Below, piece by piece: positions 51,955-59,097 of a stretch of DNA of 59,097 nucleotides. A model generated the notes under the pieces. That model had not been told where the DNA came from, did not search any database, and saw nothing but the letters and a program-made list of their open reading frames with translations. Made by a program: the position numbers and the translations under genes. The DNA lies in contig CAZBYY010000001.1 in assembly GCA_964495855.1 (NCBI GenBank), forward strand, positions 1 to 59,097. The letters run 5' to 3'. Source of the stretch: an uncultured Acidobacterium sp. (lineage in GTDB: Bacteria > Acidobacteriota > Vicinamibacteria > Vicinamibacterales > UBA2999). Every line of letters begins with the position of its first letter. The first letter of the stretch is position 1.

Positions 51955-53580
51955 ATGCTAGACACGCTCAAGATTCCCGAGCACCACTACCTGAATAACG
52001 GCCACGGCCTGAAGTCGTGGTTGCTGACGAAGGACCACAAGCGGATCGCGATCATGTATTTGATCTCGATCTCGGTGATGTTCGTGCTCGGCGGCCTGTT
52101 CGCGATGGGCATCCGCCTCGAGCTGGCCACGCCGCAGGGCGACTTCGTCAGCGCCGACACCTACAACAAGTTCTTCACGATGCACGGCGTGATCATGGTG
52201 TTCTTCTTCCTGATCCCGTCGATTCCCGCGGTGCTCGGCAACTTCCTGATCCCGCCGATGATCGGCGCCAAGGACCTGGCCTTTCCGCGCATCAACCTGC
52301 TGAGCCTCTACATCTACTGGATCGGCGGCATCTTCACGCTCGCGGCGATGGTCGCCGGCGGCGTCGACACGGGATGGACGTTCTATACGCCGTATAGCGC
52401 GGCGGCGTCGAACACGCACGTGATTCCGACGGCGCTCGGCATTTTCATCACCGGGTTTTCGTCGATCCTCACCGGTCTGAACTTCATCGTCACGATTCAC
52501 CGCATGCGCGCGCCGGGCATGGGGTGGTTCCGCCTGCCGCTGTTTGTGTGGGCGCACTATGCGACCAGCCTGATCCAGGTGCTTGGCACGCCGGTTGTCG
52601 CGATCACGATCGTGATGGTGTTCGTGGAGCGCGCGTTCGGCTTCGGCATTTTCGATCCGACGCGTGGTGGCGACCCGGTGCTGTTCCAGCACCTGTTCTG
52701 GTTCTATTCACACCCGGCCGTCTACATCATGATCCTGCCGGCGCTGGGCGTGATGTCGGAGCTCATCTCGACGTTCTCGCGGAAGATGATCTTCGGCTAC
52801 AGCTTCGTCGCGTTCTCGTCGCTGGCGATTGCGGTGTTCGGCTTCATCGTGTGGGCGCACCACATGTTCGTCGCCGGCATCTCGACCTACGCGGCGATGG
52901 TGTTCTCGTTCCTCAGCTTCTCGGTCGCGATTCCGTCGGCGGTGAAGGTGTTCAACTGGACGGCGACACTCTACAAGGGCGCGATCTCGTTCGAGACGCC
53001 GATGCTCTACGCCTACGGCTTCATGGGGCTGTTCCTGATCGGCGGCTTGACGGGCCTGTTCCTCGCCACGCTCGGCATGGACATCCACCTGCACGACACG
53101 TACTTCGTCGTCGCGCACTTCCACTACATCATGGTCGGCGGCGCGATCATGGGCTATCAGGGCGGCCTTCACTATTGGTGGCCGAAGATGACGGGCCGGA
53201 TGTATTCGGAGTTCTTCTCGCGCATCAGCGCGATCCTGGTGTTCGTCGGGTTCAACCTGACCTTCCTGCCGCAGTTCGTCGTCGGCTACCTCGGCATGCC
53301 GCGCCGCTATCACGCGTATCCGGATGAGTTCCAGGTGCTGAACGTGATGTCGTCGGCGGGGGCGAGTGTGCTGGGCCTCGGCTACGCGCTGCCGGTGCTG
53401 TATTTCCTCTACTCGCTGAAGAAGGGCCCGGTCGCGGGGCCGAACCCGTGGGGCGCGACGACGCTCGAGTGGACGACGCAGTCGCCGCCGCTGACGGAGA
53501 ACTTCCTCGAGGTTCCCGAAGTTGTGGGCGAGCCCTACGAGTACGAGCACGTCGTCGCCAAGGAGAGCCATCTTGTCTAA
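51955..53580 (+). CDS. coxA: Cytochrome c oxidase subunit I
   Basis: 541-aa ORF with heme-copper oxidase signatures ([12 protein letters not shown]-type [37 protein letters not shown]). Confidence 0.97.
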   Translation: MLDTLKIPEHHYLNNGHGLKSWLLTKDHKRIAIMYLISISVMFVLGGLFAMGIRLELATPQGDFVSADTYNKFFTMHGVIMVFFFLIPSIPAVLGNFLIPPMIGAKDLAFPRINLLSLYIYWIGGIFTLAAMVAGGVDTGWTFYTPYSAAASNTHVIPTALGIFITGFSSILTGLNFIVTIHRMRAPGMGWFRLPLFVWAHYATSLIQVLGTPVVAITIVMVFVERAFGFGIFDPTRGGDPVLFQHLFWFYSHPAVYIMILPALGVMSELISTFSRKMIFGYSFVAFSSLAIAVFGFIVWAHHMFVAGISTYAAMVFSFLSFSVAIPSAVKVFNWTATLYKGAISFETPMLYAYGFMGLFLIGGLTGLFLATLGMDIHLHDTYFVVAHFHYIMVGGAIMGYQGGLHYWWPKMTGRMYSEFFSRISAILVFVGFNLTFLPQFVVGYLGMPRRYHAYPDEFQVLNVMSSAGASVLGLGYALPVLYFLYSLKKGPVAGPNPWGATTLEWTTQSPPLTENFLEVPEVVGEPYEYEHVVAKESHLV

Positions 53581-54379
53581 CGCGGTCGCGCACGCGGGCC
53601 ACCACGATTCACACGCCGCGCACGCGCATCATCCGGCACTGCAGCATCACTTCGACACGATGGCGCAGCAGAAGGAAGCTGCGGTCATCGGCATGTGGCT
53701 GTTCCTGCTCACCGAAATCCTGTTCTTCGGCGGGCTGTTTGTCGCCTACATGATCTACCGCGTCTGGTATTTCGAGGCGTTTGCCGAAGCCAGCCGGCGC
53801 CTGAGCATCTTCTGGGGCGGCCTCAACACGGCGGTGCTGATCGGCAGTTCGCTCACGATGGCGCTCGGCGTGCGGGCGGCGCAGACGAACAACCGCAAGT
53901 GGACGGTCAACTGGCTGATCCTGACGATGTTGCTCGGCTGCGTGTTCCTTGGCGTCAAGGTGATCGAGTATCGCGACAAGTTTGCCAACTACGAGGTACC
54001 GGGCGCGTCCTATAACTGGCTGTATCACGAGCAGCACGAGGGCGGAGCCGCCGCTGAAGGCGGTGAGCACGCCGCCGGGGCAGCCGCGGAAGGCCAATCA
54101 GCGGAAGCAGCCGCGCATCACGTGAAGATGACGCCGGATCAGCTGCAGCGCACGACGCAGATCTACTTCAGCTTGTATTTCACGATGACCGGCCTGCACG
54201 CATTGCACATGATCATCGGCGTGGGCTTGATGCTCGTGATCACGTGGATGTCGTGGAAGGGCAAGTTCGACGCGGAGTACTACACGCCGGTTGAAATGGC
54301 CGGCCTCTACTGGCACTTCGTCGACATCGTCTGGATCTTCCTGTTCCCGCTGCTCTATCTCGTCGAGAGGCACATGTAA
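53573..54379 (+). CDS. coxC: Cytochrome c oxidase subunit III
   Basis: Tracked ORF 53522..54379. In-frame TTG 53573 is preceded by AAGGAG (53561-66) and overlaps the coxA stop. The subunit III core is present ([34 protein letters not shown]). Confidence 0.88.
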   Translation: MSNAVAHAGHHDSHAAHAHHPALQHHFDTMAQQKEAAVIGMWLFLLTEILFFGGLFVAYMIYRVWYFEAFAEASRRLSIFWGGLNTAVLIGSSLTMALGVRAAQTNNRKWTVNWLILTMLLGCVFLGVKVIEYRDKFANYEVPGASYNWLYHEQHEGGAAAEGGEHAAGAAAEGQSAEAAAHHVKMTPDQLQRTTQIYFSLYFTMTGLHALHMIIGVGLMLVITWMSWKGKFDAEYYTPVEMAGLYWHFVDIVWIFLFPLLYLVERHM

Positions 54380-54714
54380 TGTCGGATCACGTTTCTCCGG
54401 TCGGCCTTTACATCACGATCTTCCTGGCCTTGATGGTGGGCACCGCGCTGACCGTCGGCGCGGCGTTCGTCAATCTCGGCGTGTTCAATTTCCCGGTGGC
54501 GATGCTGATCGCCGTGGTCAAGGCGTCGCTGGTGATCTGGTTCTTCATGCACGTGAAGTATCAGAGCCACCTCACCAAGCTGGCGATTGCGACCGGCTTG
54601 TTCTTCCTGTGCATCCTCCTCGGGGAGACACTGATCGATTACGTGTCGAAGGACAACTTCAACTTCTACACCGCGCCGCCGCCGATCGAGCAGAGCTCAG
54701 TCATCCCGAAGTAG
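54379..54714 (+). CDS. Prokaryotic cytochrome c oxidase subunit IV family protein
   Basis: 111-aa ORF with three hydrophobic segments. Its ATG overlaps the coxC TAA. The VKASLVIWFFMHVK motif is typical of COX4_pro, from recollection. Confidence 0.8.
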   Translation: MSDHVSPVGLYITIFLALMVGTALTVGAAFVNLGVFNFPVAMLIAVVKASLVIWFFMHVKYQSHLTKLAIATGLFFLCILLGETLIDYVSKDNFNFYTAPPPIEQSSVIPK

Positions 54715-54787
54715 CCCGCCGGAGTTACAGGCCTCGGGCCTCAGGAACAGCTCCTGATGGCCCGACGACCTAAGGCCTGACCGGCCG

Positions 54788-55087
54788 CTACTTATCGACC
54801 TCGACCTTCTGCGCGATCTTCGTCGCGCCATCCATCACGAACTCGATCTTCACCTTCTTGCCTGAGGCGAACGCCGTTGCGTCGGCCTTGGCGCTGCCCG
54901 ACACGATCTGCGACTGATCGTTGAGCACGAATACGCCCTGCTTGTCCTTGTTCTTGACGGTCAGCGTCTTCGTTGCGGCGTCGAATTTCTCGACGACGCC
55001 TGAATATTTCGCCTTGACCTTGCCTGGGGCGGCGATCGCGGACGCGGCAATCGCGAGCGCACAGACGAACATGATCACTTTCTTCAC
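54788..55087 (-). CDS. Small secreted hypothetical protein
   Basis: 99-aa ORF with a GTG start and GGGAGA 7 nt upstream. It has a signal peptide (MKKVIMFVCALAIAASAIAAPG). The mature part is Lys/Val-rich and looks beta-rich. Confidence 0.6.
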   Translation of the reverse strand: MKKVIMFVCALAIAASAIAAPGKVKAKYSGVVEKFDAATKTLTVKNKDKQGVFVLNDQSQIVSGSAKADATAFASGKKVKIEFVMDGATKIAQKVEVDK

Positions 55088-55201
55088 GATGAACTCTCCC
55101 GATAGCGATGCGGCCGAACCACGGCCGTCATCTGATTTAACAATCAGGAGCGCTTCACGACAGTTACTTTTCAGAAAGGTTTATGCGGTGAATGTCACGG
55201 G

Positions 55202-55660
55202 TTACACCCGCGCAAAGACATTCACCACTTGATGTGAAGGGATGTCGCCGCCTGTCGCGTTTTCGATCTGGATCGCCCGCGCGCCGATCTCGGCGAGCGC
55301 GTGCAGCACCGGCTGGCGCTGTTCGTCGGGGACGTCGAGCAGCGCAATCGCGTGTGTCGCTTTCGCGAACATCCTCGCAAGGAGTCCCCGCATGCGGTCG
55401 CTGTCCAGCGGCCCGCCCGGCACAGCCGAGAGGCGCCAGATGACAACGTGCCACGGTACGGCGGGATCGAGCGACGCGGCCGCACCAACGTGAAACACGC
55501 CATCCGGCATCTGCTCGCGCGCGGCCTCGATCGATCCCTCATCGGCGTCGCAGCCACCGACGATGTAGCCGTTGTCATGGAAGGGGACGAGCAGCTCGCC
55601 ACCCCCGCAGTCCACCTGGAAGACACGCGTGCCGGGACCGATGTCGAGCGTCTGGGCCAC
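55202..55660 (-). CDS. Short class I SAM-dependent methyltransferase-like protein
   Basis: This is the C-terminal 152 codons of tracked ORF 55202..56080, starting at GTG 55660. A motif I-like segment is present (RVFQVDCGGGELL). The upstream part of the tracked ORF overlaps the neighbouring gene in another frame and is Arg/His-rich junk. The start is uncertain. Confidence 0.5.
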   Translation of the reverse strand: MAQTLDIGPGTRVFQVDCGGGELLVPFHDNGYIVGGCDADEGSIEAAREQMPDGVFHVGAAASLDPAVPWHVVIWRLSAVPGGPLDSDRMRGLLARMFAKATHAIALLDVPDEQRQPVLHALAEIGARAIQIENATGGDIPSHQVVNVFARV

Positions 55661-55686
55661 GTGTTCAGCGAAGGCGAAGCGGGGCT

Positions 55687-56112
55687 CTATTTGTCGAACG
55701 CCGTGACGTTGATGATCGCGGTGTCGATGGCGACCGAAGCGACTTTCGTTCCAGCGGGCACGCGGAACGGAAACGCGCACTGGTAGTCGGGCTTTGATCC
55801 CGGATCGACGAACGCGACCGACGTCTGATAAGTCTTGCCCGCGGTATCGGTCAGGACGGGTTTTTTCAGCAACGTCTCCTTGAACGCCGGCGAAACCTTG
55901 AAGCCGAGCGTGACGACGGCGAACTCCTCGCCGTCGCGGGCGTTGCCGCGCTGGGTGTTGGTGCCAGGCGGGCAGTCGACGAGCGCAGCGTTGGTTGCGC
56001 GCTCGACCTTGATCGGGGTGATGTCGATCCCCTTGTAGCTCGTGGGCTTGACCTGCGCGATGGCCGTCGCCACCGCGCACGCCAGGAATCCGAGAACGAC
56101 AGCGGAGCGCAT
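55687..56112 (-). CDS. Secreted hypothetical protein (possibly DUF4352/Ig-like)
   Basis: Tracked ORF 55687..56250. ATG 56112 (MRSAVVLGFLACAVATAIAQ signal peptide) lies 1 nt downstream of the upstream gene's stop codon (56114-56116). The family assignment is a low-confidence recollection. Confidence 0.6.
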   Translation of the reverse strand: MRSAVVLGFLACAVATAIAQVKPTSYKGIDITPIKVERATNAALVDCPPGTNTQRGNARDGEEFAVVTLGFKVSPAFKETLLKKPVLTDTAGKTYQTSVAFVDPGSKPDYQCAFPFRVPAGTKVASVAIDTAIINVTAFDK

Positions 56113-56113
56113 C

Positions 56114-56932
56114 TTAGAGCGGCGCGTCGGGATTGGCCAAGGTGCGCCACATGTGCGCGCTTGGGCTGTTGTCGAAACCGAGGCCTTCTTTCGGATGCTT
56201 GAAATGGCGGCCGATGATGTCCTCGAACGGATCGATCGACACCTTTGCATTCGGATCGAACGCGTAGAGATCGTTGACGGTCACGAGGCGCGGCTCCATG
56301 TACCACTTGTGGTTGCGCACCATTTTGTAGGTCGCGGCGATGTACTCGGGCGGCTGGTAGTCGTGACCGAAGATCCGGTAGTAGAGGTCGGGGTACTCGT
56401 AACCGGCATCGGCATCCGGGTAGAAGCGCAGCGCCGCGTGGTAGCGAATCGCGAACGTCGACTTCTCCGGGATGTAGGGCTCGAACATCTGCGCGCCCCA
56501 CCAGCCGTGATCCACCTTGATCATCGACTGCACGACGTCGTGCAGCAGGCAGGCGAGGATGATCTCTTCGGACATGCCGGTCTTCATCGCGCGCGTCGCG
56601 CTCTGCAGCACGTGGTTGGCGGGCTGGAAGCGGAGGCGGAAGAAGTCCTGCAGCTTCGGCGCCTTGGGCATCGGCTCGAGGCGCTTCACCTTGCCACCCT
56701 GGCTGCCGACGAACAGGTTGCCCACGCCGCGGCGGTAGGTGCGCGTCTCGATTTGCGCTTCGAGTTCGGCGGCCGTCGGGAACTTCTCCTGGCCCTGCGC
56801 CGCGGCGACCTGCTCGTCGAGCTTCTCTTCCATGTAGTGCTCGAGCGCTTCGGCCTTGGCTTCGTGATCCATCAAGCTGACGGCGGCGGTACCTCCGAGA
56901 CTGGCGATGAACGCTCTGCGATCGACCTCCAT
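56114..56932 (-). CDS. Tat-signal myo-inositol-oxygenase-like (MIOX/HD-domain diiron oxygenase family) protein
   Basis: Tracked ORF 56114..56980. ATG 56932 is preceded by AGGAGG (4-nt spacer) and gives MEVDRRAFIASLGGTAAVSL, a twin-arginine motif. The segments ANHVLQSATRAM, ACLLHDVVQ, FAIRYHAALRFYP and VNDLYAFDP resemble the MIOX blocks H.LQTAE, L.HDLGK, IRYHSFYPWH and NKFDLYSK, from recollection. Confidence 0.7.
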   Translation of the reverse strand: MEVDRRAFIASLGGTAAVSLMDHEAKAEALEHYMEEKLDEQVAAAQGQEKFPTAAELEAQIETRTYRRGVGNLFVGSQGGKVKRLEPMPKAPKLQDFFRLRFQPANHVLQSATRAMKTGMSEEIILACLLHDVVQSMIKVDHGWWGAQMFEPYIPEKSTFAIRYHAALRFYPDADAGYEYPDLYYRIFGHDYQPPEYIAATYKMVRNHKWYMEPRLVTVNDLYAFDPNAKVSIDPFEDIIGRHFKHPKEGLGFDNSPSAHMWRTLANPDAPL

Positions 56933-56983
56933 GGGGCCTCCTGAACGGGAGACACTACGCCCATTTCGTCTGGGCGGCAAGGA

Positions 56984-57787
56984 CTACTTCACGCCCTGGG
57001 CCTGCAGGTCGCTCAGCCATTTACGCGCGAACGCGCGGGCGGCGTCGGTGGCGGGCTTTCCGGCCCGAAAGCACAGCTTCCACTCGGCCGGCTTCGCTTC
57101 GAGCGCCGCGCTGGCAAACAGCTTCTTCTTGTCCTTCTCGACGAGCTGCGCGCCGAAGTCCACGTCGCTCGTGACGTCGAGGAAGCGGCGCAGCCGCATG
57201 GCAACCAGCGCCCGCGGATCAGCGGGGAAGGCGGCATCGAGCTTCTTCAGCGCCGCGTCGTGCTCCCGGACGAGCTCGTCGCGCTGTTCCTTGAGGATGC
57301 CTTCGATCTCCTTGCGCCGGCTACCCGACTGCATGTCGTCGAAGCGCTGGCGCATTTCCGTCCAGCCTTTCTCGAGCGTGGCGATCTGCTCCGGCGTAAT
57401 TTGGTCGAACAGCTTGCGCATGCCCTCCACCTGCGCTTCGAAGTTGGCGCGCTCCTTGGCGAAGATCTGGTCGGGCGACTCTTCCGCCGGCAGCGGGTCC
57501 GGGCCGTTTGCCTCTCGATGATCGGCGTATCGGCGCTTGAACTCGTCGCTCTCCACGAACGCGCGCGCGGTGGTCAGCGCGAACTCGACCAGGGCGACGC
57601 GCTCCTGCGGGGTCTTGGCGAGAAAAGCCGCAGGCTTACCCGCCAGCGCGACCGAGTCGGCGATGAACGAGTCGAAGATGGCCTCTTTGGCGCGGCCCTG
57701 GGAGATCCCGAGCGTGGCGAGATGGTCCTGTGCGGCGGCGGCAGCGACCGTTATGCAAAGCAGCGTAATCGTTACGGCAAAACGCAT
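56984..57787 (-). CDS. Secreted alpha-helical hypothetical protein
   Basis: 267-aa ORF starting with ATG. It has a signal peptide (MRFAVTITLLCITVAAAAAQ). It is rich in charged helix-formers. I recognise no family. Confidence 0.6.
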   Translation of the reverse strand: MRFAVTITLLCITVAAAAAQDHLATLGISQGRAKEAIFDSFIADSVALAGKPAAFLAKTPQERVALVEFALTTARAFVESDEFKRRYADHREANGPDPLPAEESPDQIFAKERANFEAQVEGMRKLFDQITPEQIATLEKGWTEMRQRFDDMQSGSRRKEIEGILKEQRDELVREHDAALKKLDAAFPADPRALVAMRLRRFLDVTSDVDFGAQLVEKDKKKLFASAALEAKPAEWKLCFRAGKPATDAARAFARKWLSDLQAQGVK

Positions 57788-57835
57788 GACGCAGGATAGC
57801 AGGTCGGCAGCGCAGCCGGTGAGGTGGTGAGCGGT

Positions 57836-59097
57836 TTACCGCGCGGGCTTTGACTGCACCGTGACTCGGTGGCCCCGGATCTTCGTCGCCTTGAGCGCGT
57901 CAATGATGCGGTCGGCGAGCATCGACGGCACCTCGACGAGGGAGTAGTCGTCGTGGATCTTGATGGCGCCGAGCACGGACGACGAGATCCTGGCTTCGCC
58001 GGCGATCGCGCCGACGAGGTCGGCGGGGCGGATGCTCTCTTCCTTACCGACGCTGATGCGCAGCAGCGTCATGGGCCCTTCGGGTTCGGACCGTGGTGCC
58101 CGAGGCCCGCGCTTCTTGTAGCCGCGGTCTTCGTAGTCCGGCCGTTCGGCCTCGAAGCGGACGGATTCACCGACAGGTAACGGCGTGGACTTGCCCGATT
58201 CCTCGCTGGCCAGCGCGACGGCTGCGGCGGCGAGATCAAGGATGTCGAACTCCTGGGCCAGCGTATCGATGAACTCGCGCAATTGTTCGAGTCCGCCGGC
58301 GGCGAGGCGGGCACGCAAGGCGTCGGCGGTGGCGGCCAGGCGCCGCTGCCGCAGGTCGGCTTCACTTGGCAGCTTGCCGATCTCGATCTTCTGTTTCGTC
58401 AGCCTCTCGACGTATTGCAGGAAGCGCTGCTCGCGGGGCGCGACCAGCGTGATCGCGACGCCCTCCCGGCCGATGCGGCCGGTGCGGCCGATGCGATGCA
58501 CGTAGACTTCCGGTGCCGTTGGCAGGTCGAAATTAATCACGTGCGACACGTGGTCGATATCCAGGCCGCGGGCGGCGACGTCGGTGGCGACGAGGATTTC
58601 GGACTGCTCGGTGCGGAACGACTGCATCACGCGGTCGCGCTGCTTCTGCATCATCCCGCCGTGCAGCGCCTGCGCGCCGTAGCCATGCGCGTTCAGCGTG
58701 TCGGTCAGCTCATCCACCTCCAGCCGAGTCCGGCAGAAGACGATCGCCGACTTCGGGCTCTCGAAATCGAGGATGCGATGGAGCGAAGGGATCTTCTGTC
58801 CCTTGCCGACGACGTAGGCGACCTGGCGAACGCGTGGCAGCTTACCGGCGGCCCGCTTTTCGGCCGCGATCTGCACCTTGAGCGGATTCTTCAAGTGCCG
58901 CCCGGCGATGGCCATGATGCGCGGCGCGAACGTCGCGGCAAACAGCGAGGTCTGCCGTTCCGATGGTGTTTCGCCAAGGATCGCGTCGATGTCTTCGGCG
59001 AACCCCATGTCGAGCATCTCGTCTGCTTCGTCGAGCACGACGATCTGCACCGCGCTCAGCTGTAGCGTGCCGCGGCGGATGTGATCGAGCACGCGGC
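57836..59097 (-). CDS. DEAD-box ATP-dependent RNA helicase with a C-terminal DbpA/DeaD-type RNA-binding domain; the 5' end is outside the window
   Basis: The frame is open to the window edge. Motifs present are VLDEADEMLDMGF (motif II), SAT-like FAAT, ILVATDVAARGLDI and HRIGRTGRIGREG. The C-terminal segment is ISVGKEESIRPADLVGAI...KIRGHRV. Confidence 0.93.
   Translation of the reverse strand, partial: RVLDHIRRGTLQLSAVQIVVLDEADEMLDMGFAEDIDAILGETPSERQTSLFAATFAPRIMAIAGRHLKNPLKVQIAAEKRAAGKLPRVRQVAYVVGKGQKIPSLHRILDFESPKSAIVFCRTRLEVDELTDTLNAHGYGAQALHGGMMQKQRDRVMQSFRTEQSEILVATDVAARGLDIDHVSHVINFDLPTAPEVYVHRIGRTGRIGREGVAITLVAPREQRFLQYVERLTKQKIEIGKLPSEADLRQRRLAATADALRARLAAGGLEQLREFIDTLAQEFDILDLAAAAVALASEESGKSTPLPVGESVRFEAERPDYEDRGYKKRGPRAPRSEPEGPMTLLRISVGKEESIRPADLVGAIAGEARISSSVLGAIKIHDDYSLVEVPSMLADRIIDALKATKIRGHRVTVQSKPAR

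Noticed and set aside
53522-53572. Upstream TTG start for coxC giving a 285-aa protein that overlaps coxA by 59 nt
   Set aside because: The extra residues ([17 protein letters not shown]) look like an out-of-frame read of the coxA 3' end. TTG 53573 has a proper AAGGAG SD and the usual stop/start overlap.
54715-54787. Short GC hairpins (AGGCC-tcg-GGCCT, CAGGA-acagc-TCCTG) between the convergent coxIV and small secreted genes as a bidirectional terminator
   Set aside because: The stems are only 5 bp with no U-tract on either strand. Such hairpins are frequent by chance in GC-rich DNA.
55109-55147. Two adjacent hairpins (GGCCG/CGGCC and CTGATT/AATCAG) in the 114-bp spacer upstream of the small secreted gene as a possible riboswitch or attenuator
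   Set aside because: They are too short, I recognise no conserved riboswitch core, and there is no U-tract. I have no comparative data to support them.

Overview
High-GC chromosomal window (not computed; hand counts of ordinary blocks give about 58-62% G+C) covering the replication-origin gene neighbourhood and core housekeeping and respiratory genes. The left arm is on the minus strand: parB (partial)-parA-rsmG-mnmG-mnmE-jag-yidC-yidD-rnpA-rpmH. The strand switches at about 8.6-8.8 kb to dnaA-dnaN-gyrB-gyrA on the plus strand, with no recF. Two palindromic parS sites, a triplet of DnaA boxes upstream of dnaA and an AT-rich dnaA-dnaN spacer are visible. Next come a gyrA-coupled lipoprotein, pcrA/uvrD, glmS, glmU, rsmI, DUF885, an FmdB zinc ribbon, galU, serS and tRNA-Ser(UGA). 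These are followed by a MarR-controlled tripartite MFS efflux operon ending in an FKBP lipoprotein, an RNA uracil-methyltransferase, an O-antigen-ligase-like membrane protein, an enoyl-CoA hydratase, a NUDIX hydrolase and an S9 peptidase. A ~12.7 kb Alternative Complex III (actABCDEF) + SCO1 + caa3-type cytochrome oxidase cluster follows, then a minus-strand cluster of exported hypothetical proteins that includes a Tat-signal MIOX-like HD oxygenase, and a partial DEAD-box helicase. I saw no rRNA, CRISPR array, transposase, integrase or obvious defence genes. The best lead is a two-domain glutaredoxin-like protein disulfide oxidoreductase gene (38431..39099, minus). The ORF track splits it at a single in-frame TGA that sits exactly where the first Cys of the CxxC redox motif belongs (T-P-T-[TGA]-P-H-C-P). 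A SECIS-like hairpin with a GGUC-containing loop starts 10 nt downstream. This makes it a candidate unannotated selenoprotein, apparently co-transcribed with a Cys-rich zinc-ribbon protein. Many long ORFs in the track are antisense artefacts of high GC content. The track also renders GTG/TTG starts as M, so several starts were re-picked by hand.
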